Part shown: positions 35,081 through 44,031 of the stretch, in pieces | How the letters are laid out: each line of letters starts with the position of its first letter | Numbering within the stretch: the first letter of the stretch is position 1 | From: a phage | Sequence record: PV357171.2 | Direction: 5' to 3' (one strand) | Length of the DNA stretch: 64,000 nt | Program-made: the position numbers and the translations under genes | Notes under the pieces: model-generated | What the model was told of the DNA's origin: nothing | Database searches by the model: none | What the model saw: only the letters and a program-made list of their open reading frames with translations

Positions 35081-35235
35081 TATTTACGCTCCTCTAATAA
35101 AGTTTCAATTCTAGATAACCTATTACTCAACTGCATTAATTTAACCTCTACTTGGGTTACAGAGGTATCTATTACACGTAAGCCTACAAAGAGAAGTATC
35201 AGTAGGATGAATATGCCAATAATTACCCATTCCAT
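35080..35235 (-). CDS. small membrane protein (51 aa)
   Basis: Begins MEWVII and ends RIETLLEERK; GGTGGA Shine-Dalgarno; track ORF extends to 35265. Confidence 0.35.
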   Translation of the reverse strand: MEWVIIGIFILLILLFVGLRVIDTSVTQVEVKLMQLSNRLSRIETLLEERK

Positions 35236-35363
35236 TAAATCCACCCCGCCATAGCTGCTAACCAAAAACCTACGAAGATTAGGAATAATACAAAACCAAA
35301 TCCGTAAATATTAATCCACGCTTCGTACACTTCTCCGCGTCTGTTCTTTCTTTTGTTTGACAT
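35235..35363 (-). CDS. small membrane protein (42 aa)
   Basis: Internal ATG after AGGAG chosen (track extends to 35426). Confidence 0.3.
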   Translation of the reverse strand: MSNKRKNRRGEVYEAWINIYGFGFVLFLIFVGFWLAAMAGWI

Positions 35364-35539
35364 ATCTTTCCTGCTCCTATAAATATAGTATTTGGAATAT
35401 TTTATAATTTGCGCATAGCCAACCATGCTCGTGATTTCCTAGAAGGGCTTTTCACTTTCTTGCATAGTGTTTTCTGCTAGTACACCATCCAAGAAATAAA
35501 AAATTTAGTTTACTTGGATGTCTTTTTGCTTTATACTAA

Positions 35540-35806
35540 TTACAAGTAATTAGATTGCTCTAGTTTAAATTTACAATCACCATATTTAAGGTCAAACTGA
35601 CTGAGATCCCACCATCCAAACTTAGTACGGAGCTGTACTACTGGAAAGCGATCTCCCTTAATACGAACTTTTTGAACCTTGAGACCGTAATGTTCTTCTC
35701 CCTCACCACCAAAAGATTTTACAAATCCAGTACAAAATGGTTTGGGAGCAGGTGCACAACCAGATAACATAACTGCGGCAACTAGTGTAATCACAAACTT
35801 TTTCAT
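35540..35806 (-). CDS. llp: lipoprotein, Llp-like (candidate receptor-blocking superinfection-exclusion protein)
   Basis: 88 aa; signal peptide with LSGC lipobox; divergently placed next to the receptor-binding protein gene as in T5. Confidence 0.6.
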   Translation of the reverse strand: MKKFVITLVAAVMLSGCAPAPKPFCTGFVKSFGGEGEEHYGLKVQKVRIKGDRFPVVQLRTKFGWWDLSQFDLKYGDCKFKLEQSNYL

Positions 35807-35891
35807 ATTTATCTCTCCATTTCTAATTTATGAATATATTATAGCAAAATAGAGAGATGAAAGCAAATACATTTTTATAATAGGAGATTAT

Positions 35892-37649
35892 ATGGGTTTT
35901 TTCGCTGGAAAATATAGCGATGGTAAGACCGTACTATCTTTAAATACTGAATCTGGTGGTGACATTAATCGTCACTATAGTCCAAATACCAATAGTATTT
36001 TTCATAGTGATATGCCATTTGTCCTAGTTGATGGTACTTATGAGTCTGGGTTAGGTGATGCCGGTAATGGGTTTTTTGTATGTCAGATGCCCTCTGACAT
36101 AATAAATATTAAATCCAATGACCCCGGTAGAGTTATATTAACTGCTATTGAGATTAATGGTACTCACAGAGCTTTTCTTAATGGTACTCAGAGTAAGGTG
36201 GGTCAAACTATAGTTGCCACTCAAGCAGATCCTTTTAGATCTTTTGCTAGTGTTTCCCAGACTAGTGGATTTGCATTTGGTAATAGCCTGGCATCTGGTA
36301 CATATAACTATAATCCATCTATAGGGCATGAAGAATCTATTTCTAGGAATGGTACAGGGGGTACTACCTTACATAGTACGTATCATGGTATAGTTAGGCC
36401 GGGTGCAGGAGCTCCAGTAGGTATTACTGTTGCAGAAGCTTTTGCACAGTTAGGATTCCCTACTAATAGTAGTACAGTACCTATAGATGGTAATAACCAA
36501 TATTACTGGGACCCAGGATGGATGTCTCCTTTAGGATCAGCACACAGAGGGCACGATTGGTTTTATGTTTGTAACTCTAACATACGTGGGTATGGTGGGG
36601 TAAGACAAGGTCTTCCTGGTAATGTAAATACTATGTATCATGATGGAGGTAACAGATTTGTTTGTAGGGGGTCTACAACTAATTTAGCTAACCAATCTGG
36701 TAACGCTACAATATTACAGGATTGGTATAACATAACCCCTACTAAAGTTATTTGGTATGTTCTGAATTTAAGATACTCAAATGGTGGTATGAGTATCTCT
36801 GGTAATCCTTTTACTGGTTCAGATATTCTTATATCTCCTTCTAATTTCATAATTAAAGGGGTTAGTCTTCCCAATACTGGATACAAGTTTATTAACCAGA
36901 ACGCTTTTGGTAACTTAGGTTATAGACCAGATATGGAGTATATAGGAAATAACGCAGCGTATACCGGGGTTTTTGGGGATACCACGGCAAGGTGTGAACT
37001 TGTAGGATCTAGTAATGGGGGTTTGTGGTCTCCTGTAGATTATGGAGGGGCTAAATCTCAAATTAGTATTTATAAATTCGGAGCTGGTAAGCAATGGTAT
37101 GTAAACTCTAGGGATAATACTATCGGTAATGAACACGGGGTTGTTTGGGGACCATCAGCAGTTCCATTACGACTTTTTGGTGGAAATGTAGGTAGCTCTT
37201 ACATGGGGGATGATATTACTCCCAGCTACCCGGGAACAGGGGATAGATACGTTGGTTTATCAACTATTGGGCTAGGTATACCGGGTGGCAATGCTACAGT
37301 AATTCTTACCACTGAAGTTATATCAGGTAACCTTAACTGTGCAGGTGTTCCTGCTAATACATGGAATAACGGTGTGTTTCAAGTGCAAGGAAGAAGAGCA
37401 TATAGCTATAGTAATGGAGATGCAATATTCCACCAGATTTTAACATTACCAGTAGGGTATTTAGTACCTTTTCATACTACATCTGCTTTTAGATACACAC
37501 CTAACAATGCCCTAAGTAGAAATAGTTTTATATACACTGCTAAAAATCTGGGGAATGGAAATGTAGAGTTAGGGGTAGTTATGCACGTAAGTTTAGGTAG
37601 TGCAGTTTTCCTACCGAGATTAAGAGTAACAGTTCAACGCCTTACCTAA
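35892..37649 (+). CDS. receptor-binding tail protein (pb5-like)
   Basis: 585 aa; N-terminus MGFFAGKY...SGGD...IFHSDM and C-terminal ...QRLT resemble T5 pb5 as recalled; paired with llp. Confidence 0.6.
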
Positions 37650-37659
37650 AGGAGGAAAT

Positions 37660-38142
37660 ATGGCAAATGATGTATTAGTACCAGATCTTATGTCCCCTGA
37701 AGGGATGGATGTAATTGAAGCATATTTACAGTGTGGGAGTGATGTGCCTTCTGCCGCACGTAGTCTTGGAATGTCCGAAATTGCTTTTAGAGATATTATG
37801 AATCGTAGTGAAGTTAAGAACTACTTAAATGATATTTTTATGGAGAGTGGTTTCCGTAACAGAGATCGTTTATTTGGTGTTCTGGATGAAGTTATCAAGC
37901 GTAAACTAGAGGAACTAGAAGAAACTGGCATGGGTTCTGACCAAGATATTATGGATATTCTCTGGAAAGCACATAAAATGAAAATGGAAGAAATGAAAAT
38001 GATGGTAGAACTGGAGAAAGTTAAGGCAGCAGCCCGTACTCCAGCTAACCAGACCAACATCCAGAATAATATTATTGCTGGAGCTGGGGATCAAAACTAC
38101 ATGGACTTAATTACTTCCCTAGCTACTGGAGGTAAGAAGTAA
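37660..38142 (+). CDS. putative terminase small subunit
   Basis: 160 aa immediately upstream of and overlapping the large terminase gene; call is by position only. Confidence 0.4.
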
Positions 38143-39458
38143 TGGAAGTATCAAGACCTTACGTTAATACAGTAGATGTTATTGATTTCGGAATAGATAA
38201 ACGTTTCTTTCGTCTACCTGTTTCGGGAATACTAGCACAAGAAGGTATTACACCTAATGGTCCTCAAATAGCGATTATTAATGCTCTAGAGGATCCTAGA
38301 CATCGTTTTGTAACGGCGTGTGTATCACGCCGTGTAGGTAAATCCTTCATCGCATATACTCTTGGGTTCCTAAAATTGCTGGAACCTAATGTGAAGGTGT
38401 TAGTAGTTGCTCCTAACTATTCACTGGCCAACATCGGATGGTCTCAGATTCGTGGTCTTATTAAAAAATATGGCCTACAAACTGAACGTGAGAACGCTAA
38501 AGATAAGGAAATTGAGTTAGCTAATGGTTCTCTGTTTAAACTAGCTTCCGCTGCTCAGGCTGACTCCGCAGTTGGACGTTCATATGATTTTATCATCTTT
38601 GACGAGGCGGCAATTTCCGATGTGGGTGGTGATGCCTTCAGGGTTCAGCTGCGTCCTACCCTAGATAAACCTAATTCTAAGGCTCTATTTATTTCCACCC
38701 CTCGTGGAGGTAACTGGTTTAAAGAGTTTTACGCCTACGGATTTGATGATACGTTGCCTAACTGGGTATCTATTCATGGTACATATCGTGATAACCCTCG
38801 TGCTGACCTGAATGATATAGAAGAAGCACGTCGTACGGTTAGTAAAAACTACTTCCGCCAGGAATATGAAGCTGACTTCTCTGTATTTGAAGGTCAGATT
38901 TTTGATACTTTCAATGCTATTGACCATGTTAAAGACCTTAAGGGTATGCGTCATTTCTTTAAAGATGATGAAGCATTCGAAACGTTGCTTGGTATCGACG
39001 TTGGTTATCGTGATCCTACAGCAGTTCTTACTATTAAGTATCATTACGATACGGATACTTACTATGTATTAGAAGAGTACCAGCAGGCGGAGAAAACTAC
39101 AGCTCAGCATGCTGCTTACATTCAGCACTGTATAGATCGTTATAAAGTTGATCGTATTTTTGTTGACTCCGCGGCAGCTCAGTTCCGTCAAGACTTAGCT
39201 TATGAGCATGAAATTGCATCAGCTCCAGCTAAAAAATCTGTCCTAGATGGCCTAGCATGCCTGCAAGCACTGTTCCAACAGGGTAAGATTATTGTAGATG
39301 CCTCATGCTCCTCCTTAATTCATGCACTGCAGAACTATAAGTGGGATTTCCAAGAAGGTGAAGAAAAATTATCCCGTGAAAAACCACGTCATGATGCTAA
39401 CTCTCACCTTTGTGATGCGCTGCGCTACGGAATTTACTCTATTTCCCGTGGTAAATAA
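38142..39458 (+). CDS. terminase large subunit
   Basis: 438 aa; Walker A SRRVGKS and Walker B DFIIFDEAA, C-terminal nuclease-like region. Confidence 0.8.
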   Translation: MEVSRPYVNTVDVIDFGIDKRFFRLPVSGILAQEGITPNGPQIAIINALEDPRHRFVTACVSRRVGKSFIAYTLGFLKLLEPNVKVLVVAPNYSLANIGWSQIRGLIKKYGLQTERENAKDKEIELANGSLFKLASAAQADSAVGRSYDFIIFDEAAISDVGGDAFRVQLRPTLDKPNSKALFISTPRGGNWFKEFYAYGFDDTLPNWVSIHGTYRDNPRADLNDIEEARRTVSKNYFRQEYEADFSVFEGQIFDTFNAIDHVKDLKGMRHFFKDDEAFETLLGIDVGYRDPTAVLTIKYHYDTDTYYVLEEYQQAEKTTAQHAAYIQHCIDRYKVDRIFVDSAAAQFRQDLAYEHEIASAPAKKSVLDGLACLQALFQQGKIIVDASCSSLIHALQNYKWDFQEGEEKLSREKPRHDANSHLCDALRYGIYSISRGK

Positions 39459-39467
39459 ATAAGTATA

Positions 39468-39501
39468 GGATGGGATACTACTCAGTTGGTATCCCATTCC
39501 T
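39468..39501 (+). terminator. candidate terminator hairpin
   Basis: GGATGGGATAC...GTATCCCATTCC inverted repeat followed by A/T-rich sequence. Confidence 0.35.
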
Positions 39502-39629
39502 GCATTTTAAAATCCCCTTTACAAATTCGATATGATTATGTATACTATATTCATTGATCGGGAGAACTTCTCCCATAATAGAACGTAAACAAGAAAAATT
39601 AATGCTCTACATGAGGTGTAGGAGATTCT

Positions 39630-40268
39630 ATGGGTCGACAAAAGCTAACAATAAAAGATATAAATACTAGATTAGCTGATCGTGGAATCCAAATTGTCGG
39701 TGAATATGTAAACCAGCGTACAAAAACAGTATTTAGATGCCAGAGAGCACACGTTTGGGAAGCAACACCACATTCTGTACTTCATATGAGGAGAGGTTGT
39801 CCACACTGCTCCAATAATACAATATCGTTAGATGAAGTTAGTAACAGAATATCTAATATAGGGTATACTCTGTTAAGCAGCTATACTAATGCTAAAACAA
39901 AACTACATCTACGTTGCAATAATGGGCATGACTGTTTCATTACCCTAGATGGATTGACTCAAGGTAAAAGATGTCCTTATTGTTCTCTTAAATGGGAAAA
40001 TGGCGGATTCCTCTATATCATGTCCTCCTGCAGAGGTACTAAAGTAGGCATAAGCTTATACCCTGAGAAGCGGCTGAACGAGGTTAAAAGAGAATCTGGA
40101 TTTTCTGACATATACTTGTTCACCGTGTATTATCTGCCGGATAGAGAGACTGCTTTAGATTTAGAGAAGGAAGTTCACAGAAAATATTATAATAAAAACT
40201 GTGGGTTTTCTAATTTTACAGGAAGTACGGAATTTTTTAATGTTGCTCCTGAAGATGCTTTCAAATAG
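39630..40268 (+). CDS. putative homing endonuclease with zinc-ribbon N-terminus and T5orf172/GIY-YIG-like C-terminus
   Basis: 212 aa; CPHCS and CPYCS pairs, then GGFLYIMSS...GTKVGIS...EKRL resembling the T5orf172 pattern. Confidence 0.45.
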   Translation: MGRQKLTIKDINTRLADRGIQIVGEYVNQRTKTVFRCQRAHVWEATPHSVLHMRRGCPHCSNNTISLDEVSNRISNIGYTLLSSYTNAKTKLHLRCNNGHDCFITLDGLTQGKRCPYCSLKWENGGFLYIMSSCRGTKVGISLYPEKRLNEVKRESGFSDIYLFTVYYLPDRETALDLEKEVHRKYYNKNCGFSNFTGSTEFFNVAPEDAFK

Positions 40269-40494
40269 GGAAGCATTCTACAAGAAATATGAGCATGAGT
40301 TAGTTAGGGACGTGGTAACATTGTGCCAGCACCATCACCAATTATTACATAAGGTTTACACAAAAGAACCTCCTTTATTTTCTGCTAATAAGCAAAAAGT
40401 GTGGGTTCAAAAGCAGAAAGACAAATTACAGAATCCTCAAGAAAAGACACAAGTCAAGACTGAAACAAAATCAGGATTCGCAAGGTTCTTATAA
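40201..40494 (+). CDS. hypothetical protein (uncertain; overlaps neighbours)
   Basis: 97-aa track ORF overlapping the 3' end of 39630..40268 and abutting the portal start. Confidence 0.25.
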   Translation: MGFLILQEVRNFLMLLLKMLSNREAFYKKYEHELVRDVVTLCQHHHQLLHKVYTKEPPLFSANKQKVWVQKQKDKLQNPQEKTQVKTETKSGFARFL

Positions 40495-41594
40495 TGGGTT
40501 TTAAAAGCTGGATTACTGAAAAGCTAAATCCGGGTCAACGTATTATAAGAGACATGGAACCAGTTAGTCATCGCACTAACCGTAAGCCTTTTACCACTGG
40601 ACAAGCCTACAGTAAAATTGAGATTCTCAATAGAACTGCTAATATGGTTATAGATAGTGCGGCGGAGTGTTCTTATACTACTCTCTTAAATGTACGACCT
40701 AATCCATTCATGGATATAAGCACATTCCGTAGACTTGTAGTCACTGACCTACTTTTTGAAGGTTGTGCATACATCTATTGGGATGGCACATCGCTTTACC
40801 ATGTCCCTGCTGCACTGATGCAAGTAGAGGCAGATGCCAATAAGTTTATCAAAAAATTTATATTTAATAACCAGATAGACTATCGCGTAGATGAGATTAT
40901 CTTTATAAAAGATAACAGTTACGTGTGTGGCACAAATTCTCAAATTTCTGGACAATCTCGCGTTGCTACTGTTATTGACTCTCTTGAGAAGCGTTCTAAG
41001 ATGCTTAACTTTAAAGAGAAATTCCTCGATAACGGAACTGTGATTGGTCTTATTCTTGAGACGGATGAAATCCTGAACAAGAAATTGCGTGAGCGTAAAC
41101 AAGAAGAATTACAACTAGATTATAATCCTAGTACTGGTCAGTCCTCTGTCCTGATAGACTTTAAGGAAGACATCGAAGGATTTAATAAATCCATCTGTCT
41201 AGCCTTTGGTGTTCCGCAAGTGCTACTTGATGGCGGTAATAATGCGAACATTCGACCAAACATCGAATTGTTCTACTATATGACTATCATTCCTATGCTG
41301 AACAAGCTGACTAGTTCTCTTACTTTCTTTTTTGGTTATAAGATTACTCCTAATACTAAGGAAGTAGCTGCATTAACACCAGATAAAGAAGCTGAGGCTA
41401 AACATTTAACCTCATTGGTTAATAATGGTATTATGACTGGTAACGAGGCTCGTTTAGAGCTGAACCTTGAACCTTTAGATGATGAGCAGATGAATAAGAT
41501 TCGTATTCCTGCTAACGTTGCTGGTTCTGCAACAGGTGTATCTGGTCAAGAAGGTGGTAGACCTCAAGGTTCCACCGAGGGAGATAAAGAATGA
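40494..41594 (+). CDS. portal protein
   Basis: 366 aa between terminase and protease/capsid genes; true start may lie upstream. Confidence 0.6.
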   Translation: MGFKSWITEKLNPGQRIIRDMEPVSHRTNRKPFTTGQAYSKIEILNRTANMVIDSAAECSYTTLLNVRPNPFMDISTFRRLVVTDLLFEGCAYIYWDGTSLYHVPAALMQVEADANKFIKKFIFNNQIDYRVDEIIFIKDNSYVCGTNSQISGQSRVATVIDSLEKRSKMLNFKEKFLDNGTVIGLILETDEILNKKLRERKQEELQLDYNPSTGQSSVLIDFKEDIEGFNKSICLAFGVPQVLLDGGNNANIRPNIELFYYMTIIPMLNKLTSSLTFFFGYKITPNTKEVAALTPDKEAEAKHLTSLVNNGIMTGNEARLELNLEPLDDEQMNKIRIPANVAGSATGVSGQEGGRPQGSTEGDKE

Positions 41595-42085
41595 TTGATT
41601 ATAATGGTCTAAAGACCATTTTTGGTGAAAAACTGCCAGAATCTCATATCTTCTTTGCTACGGTTGCTGCGCATAAATATGTTCCTAGCTATGCTTTTCT
41701 GCGTAGAGAACTAGGGCTTTCATCTGCGCATACTAACCGTAAAGTATGGAAGAAATTTGTAGAGGCTTATGGTGAAGCAGTTCCTCCGGCCCCACCGGCC
41801 CCACCATTAACTCTTTCTAAAGATTTAACTGCTAGCATGTCAGTTGAAGAGGGAGCAGCATTAACACTTTCTGTTACTGCAACTGGTGGTACTGGTCCAT
41901 ATACTTATGCATGGACTAAAGATGGTTCTCCTATTCCGGATGCTTCAGGAGCTACCTATACTAAACCTACAGCAGCAGCTGAGGATGCCGGCTCTTATAA
42001 AGTAACTGTAACAGATAGTAAGCAAGTAAGTAAGGATTCTACTGCATGTGCTGTGACAGTTAATCCTACTGTTCCTGGAGGCTAA
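41591..42085 (+). CDS. head decoration protein with Ig-like domain (pb10-like)
   Basis: 164 aa; Pro-rich linker then Ig-like C-terminal domain; position as for T5 pb10. Confidence 0.5.
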   Translation: MIDYNGLKTIFGEKLPESHIFFATVAAHKYVPSYAFLRRELGLSSAHTNRKVWKKFVEAYGEAVPPAPPAPPLTLSKDLTASMSVEEGAALTLSVTATGGTGPYTYAWTKDGSPIPDASGATYTKPTAAAEDAGSYKVTVTDSKQVSKDSTACAVTVNPTVPGG

Positions 42086-42088
42086 TAA

Positions 42089-42721
42089 ATGACACAAGCT
42101 GCTATTGACTATAACAAGTTAAAATCAGCACCCGTTCATTTAGATGCTTATATTAAATCTATTGATAGCGAATCCAAAGAGGGCGTTGTAAAAATCCGTG
42201 GATTCGCTAATACAATTAGTAAAGATCGCGCTGGTGATGTAATTCCTGCTTCTGCGTGGAAAACATCTAATGCACTTGCTAACTATATGAAAAACCCGAT
42301 TATTCTTTTCGGACACGATCATCGTCGTCCAATCGGCAAGTGTATTGATCTTAACCCTACTGAAATGGGTCTCGAAATCGAATGCGAGATCTATGAAAGT
42401 TCTGACCCGGCTATCTTTTCTCTAATTAAAAACGGTGTACTGAAAACTTTTAGTATCGGATTCCGCTGCCTAGATGCAGAGTGGGATGAAGCTACTGATA
42501 TATTTATTATTAAAGATTTAGAACTATACGAAGTTTCGGTAGTTTCTGTACCTTGTAATCAGGACTCAACGTTCAATCTCGCTAAGAGTATGAATGGTCA
42601 TGATTATACTGAATGGCGTAAATCTTTTACTGCAATAAGTTCTAAAGCTGTCCCAGCTCAAGAACGTAATCTTTCTGAACTAGAAAAACTTGCGATAGCT
42701 TTAGGCTACGTTAAAGAATAA
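42089..42721 (+). CDS. prohead maturation protease (HK97 family)
   Basis: 210 aa directly upstream of the capsid gene; conserved His/Ser-containing segments. Confidence 0.65.
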   Translation: MTQAAIDYNKLKSAPVHLDAYIKSIDSESKEGVVKIRGFANTISKDRAGDVIPASAWKTSNALANYMKNPIILFGHDHRRPIGKCIDLNPTEMGLEIECEIYESSDPAIFSLIKNGVLKTFSIGFRCLDAEWDEATDIFIIKDLELYEVSVVSVPCNQDSTFNLAKSMNGHDYTEWRKSFTAISSKAVPAQERNLSELEKLAIALGYVKE

Positions 42722-42738
42722 CGGAGAATTATTTAAAA

Positions 42739-43296
42739 ATGACTATTGATATTAATAAGCTGAAAGAAGAACTTGGTCTGGGTGATCTGGCTAAATCTCT
42801 GGAAGGTCTGACCGCTGCTCAGAAAGCTCAGGAAGCTGAACGTATGCGTAAAGAGCAGGAAGAAAAAGAACTGGCTCGTATGAATGACTTGGTTTCTAAA
42901 GCAGTTGGCGAAGATCGTCAGAAACTGGAACAAGCTCTGGAACTGGTTAAGTCCCTGGATGAAAAATCTAAGAAGAGCGCAGAACTGTTTGCACAGACTG
43001 TAGAAAAGCAGCAGGAAACTATTGTTGGTCTCCAGGACGAAATCAAATCTCTGCTGGCAGCTCGTGAAGGGCGTTCCTTCGTCGGTGATAGTGTGGCTAA
43101 AGCACTGTACGGTACTCAAGAAAACTTTGAAGACGAAGTGGAGAAACTGGTTCTTCTGTCCTACGTGATGGAAAAAGGTGTATTTGATACCGAACATGGT
43201 CAGAGACACTTGAAAGCTGTAAACCAGTCTTCTTCTGTAGAAGTTTCTAGTGAAAGCTATGAAACTATTTTCTCCCAGCGTATCATCCGTGACTGA
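42739..43296 (+). CDS. major capsid protein precursor, N-terminal part (scaffolding delta domain and start of N-arm)
   Basis: 185 aa coiled-coil-rich segment ending ...FSQRIIRD then stop; the frame continues in 43250..43972. Confidence 0.6.
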   Translation: MTIDINKLKEELGLGDLAKSLEGLTAAQKAQEAERMRKEQEEKELARMNDLVSKAVGEDRQKLEQALELVKSLDEKSKKSAELFAQTVEKQQETIVGLQDEIKSLLAAREGRSFVGDSVAKALYGTQENFEDEVEKLVLLSYVMEKGVFDTEHGQRHLKAVNQSSSVEVSSESYETIFSQRIIRD

Positions 43297-43972
43297 GGTT
43301 AAAGGTGCTCTGACTGAAATCCACTTCAGTACTTACAAACTGGCTGCTAAGTCCTTCATTACTGATGAAACTGAAGAAGATGCAATCTTCTCCCTGCTGC
43401 CGCTGCTGCGTAAACGTCTGATTGAAGCACACGCTGTTTCTATCGAAGAAGCGTTTATGACTGGTGATGGTACTGGTAAACCTAAAGGTCTATTGACTCT
43501 TGCTAGCGAAGATGGTGCTAAAGTTACTACTGAAGCTAAAGCTGATGGTTCTGTTCTGGTAACTGCTAAGACTATCTCTAAACTGCGTCGTAAACTGGGC
43601 CGTCATGGTTTGAAACTGTCCAAACTGGTACTGATTGTATCTATGGATGCTTACTACGATCTGCTGGAAGATGAAGAATGGCAGGATGTTGCTCAAGTTG
43701 GTAATGATGCTGTTAAACTGCAGGGTCAGGTTGGTCGTATTTATGGTCTGCCGGTTGTAGTTTCTGAATACTTCCCAGCTAAAGCGGTTGATAAAGAGTT
43801 CGCAGTTATTGTTTATAAAGATAACTTCGTAATGCCACGTCAGCGTGCTGTTACTGTTGAACGTGAGCGTCAAGCTGGTAAACAGCGTGATGCATACTAC
43901 GTTACTCAGCGTGTTAACCTGCAACGTTACTTTAGTAATGGCGTTGTATCTGGTGCTTACGCTGCATCTTAA
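43250..43972 (+). CDS. major capsid protein, HK97-fold C-terminal part (other frame)
   Basis: 240 aa; ...EEDAIFSLL...IEEAFMTGDG... pattern typical of HK97-fold capsid proteins. Confidence 0.65.
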   Translation: MKAMKLFSPSVSSVTEVKGALTEIHFSTYKLAAKSFITDETEEDAIFSLLPLLRKRLIEAHAVSIEEAFMTGDGTGKPKGLLTLASEDGAKVTTEAKADGSVLVTAKTISKLRRKLGRHGLKLSKLVLIVSMDAYYDLLEDEEWQDVAQVGNDAVKLQGQVGRIYGLPVVVSEYFPAKAVDKEFAVIVYKDNFVMPRQRAVTVERERQAGKQRDAYYVTQRVNLQRYFSNGVVSGAYAAS

Positions 43973-43993
43973 TACAGGCTTTTCAGCCGATAA

Positions 43994-44017
43994 GGAGAGC
44001 TTCGGCTCTCCTTTTTT
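43994..44017 (+). terminator. rho-independent terminator
   Basis: GGAGAGC-ttcg-GCTCTCC hairpin followed by TTTTTT. Confidence 0.6.
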
Positions 44018-44031
44018 ATTGGGAAAAATAA
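44017..44031 (+). promoter_or_regulatory. conserved late-gene leader motif TATTGGGAAAAATAAA
   Basis: Same motif recurs at 49025-49042 and a variant at 52737-52751, each between a terminator hairpin and a start codon. Confidence 0.4.

Noticed and set aside
43241-43296. Programmed ribosomal frameshift as the explanation for the two-frame capsid gene
   Set aside because: No slippery heptamer or downstream pseudoknot is evident, and a conserved structural segment appears to be missing, so a deletion or assembly error is more likely than recoding.
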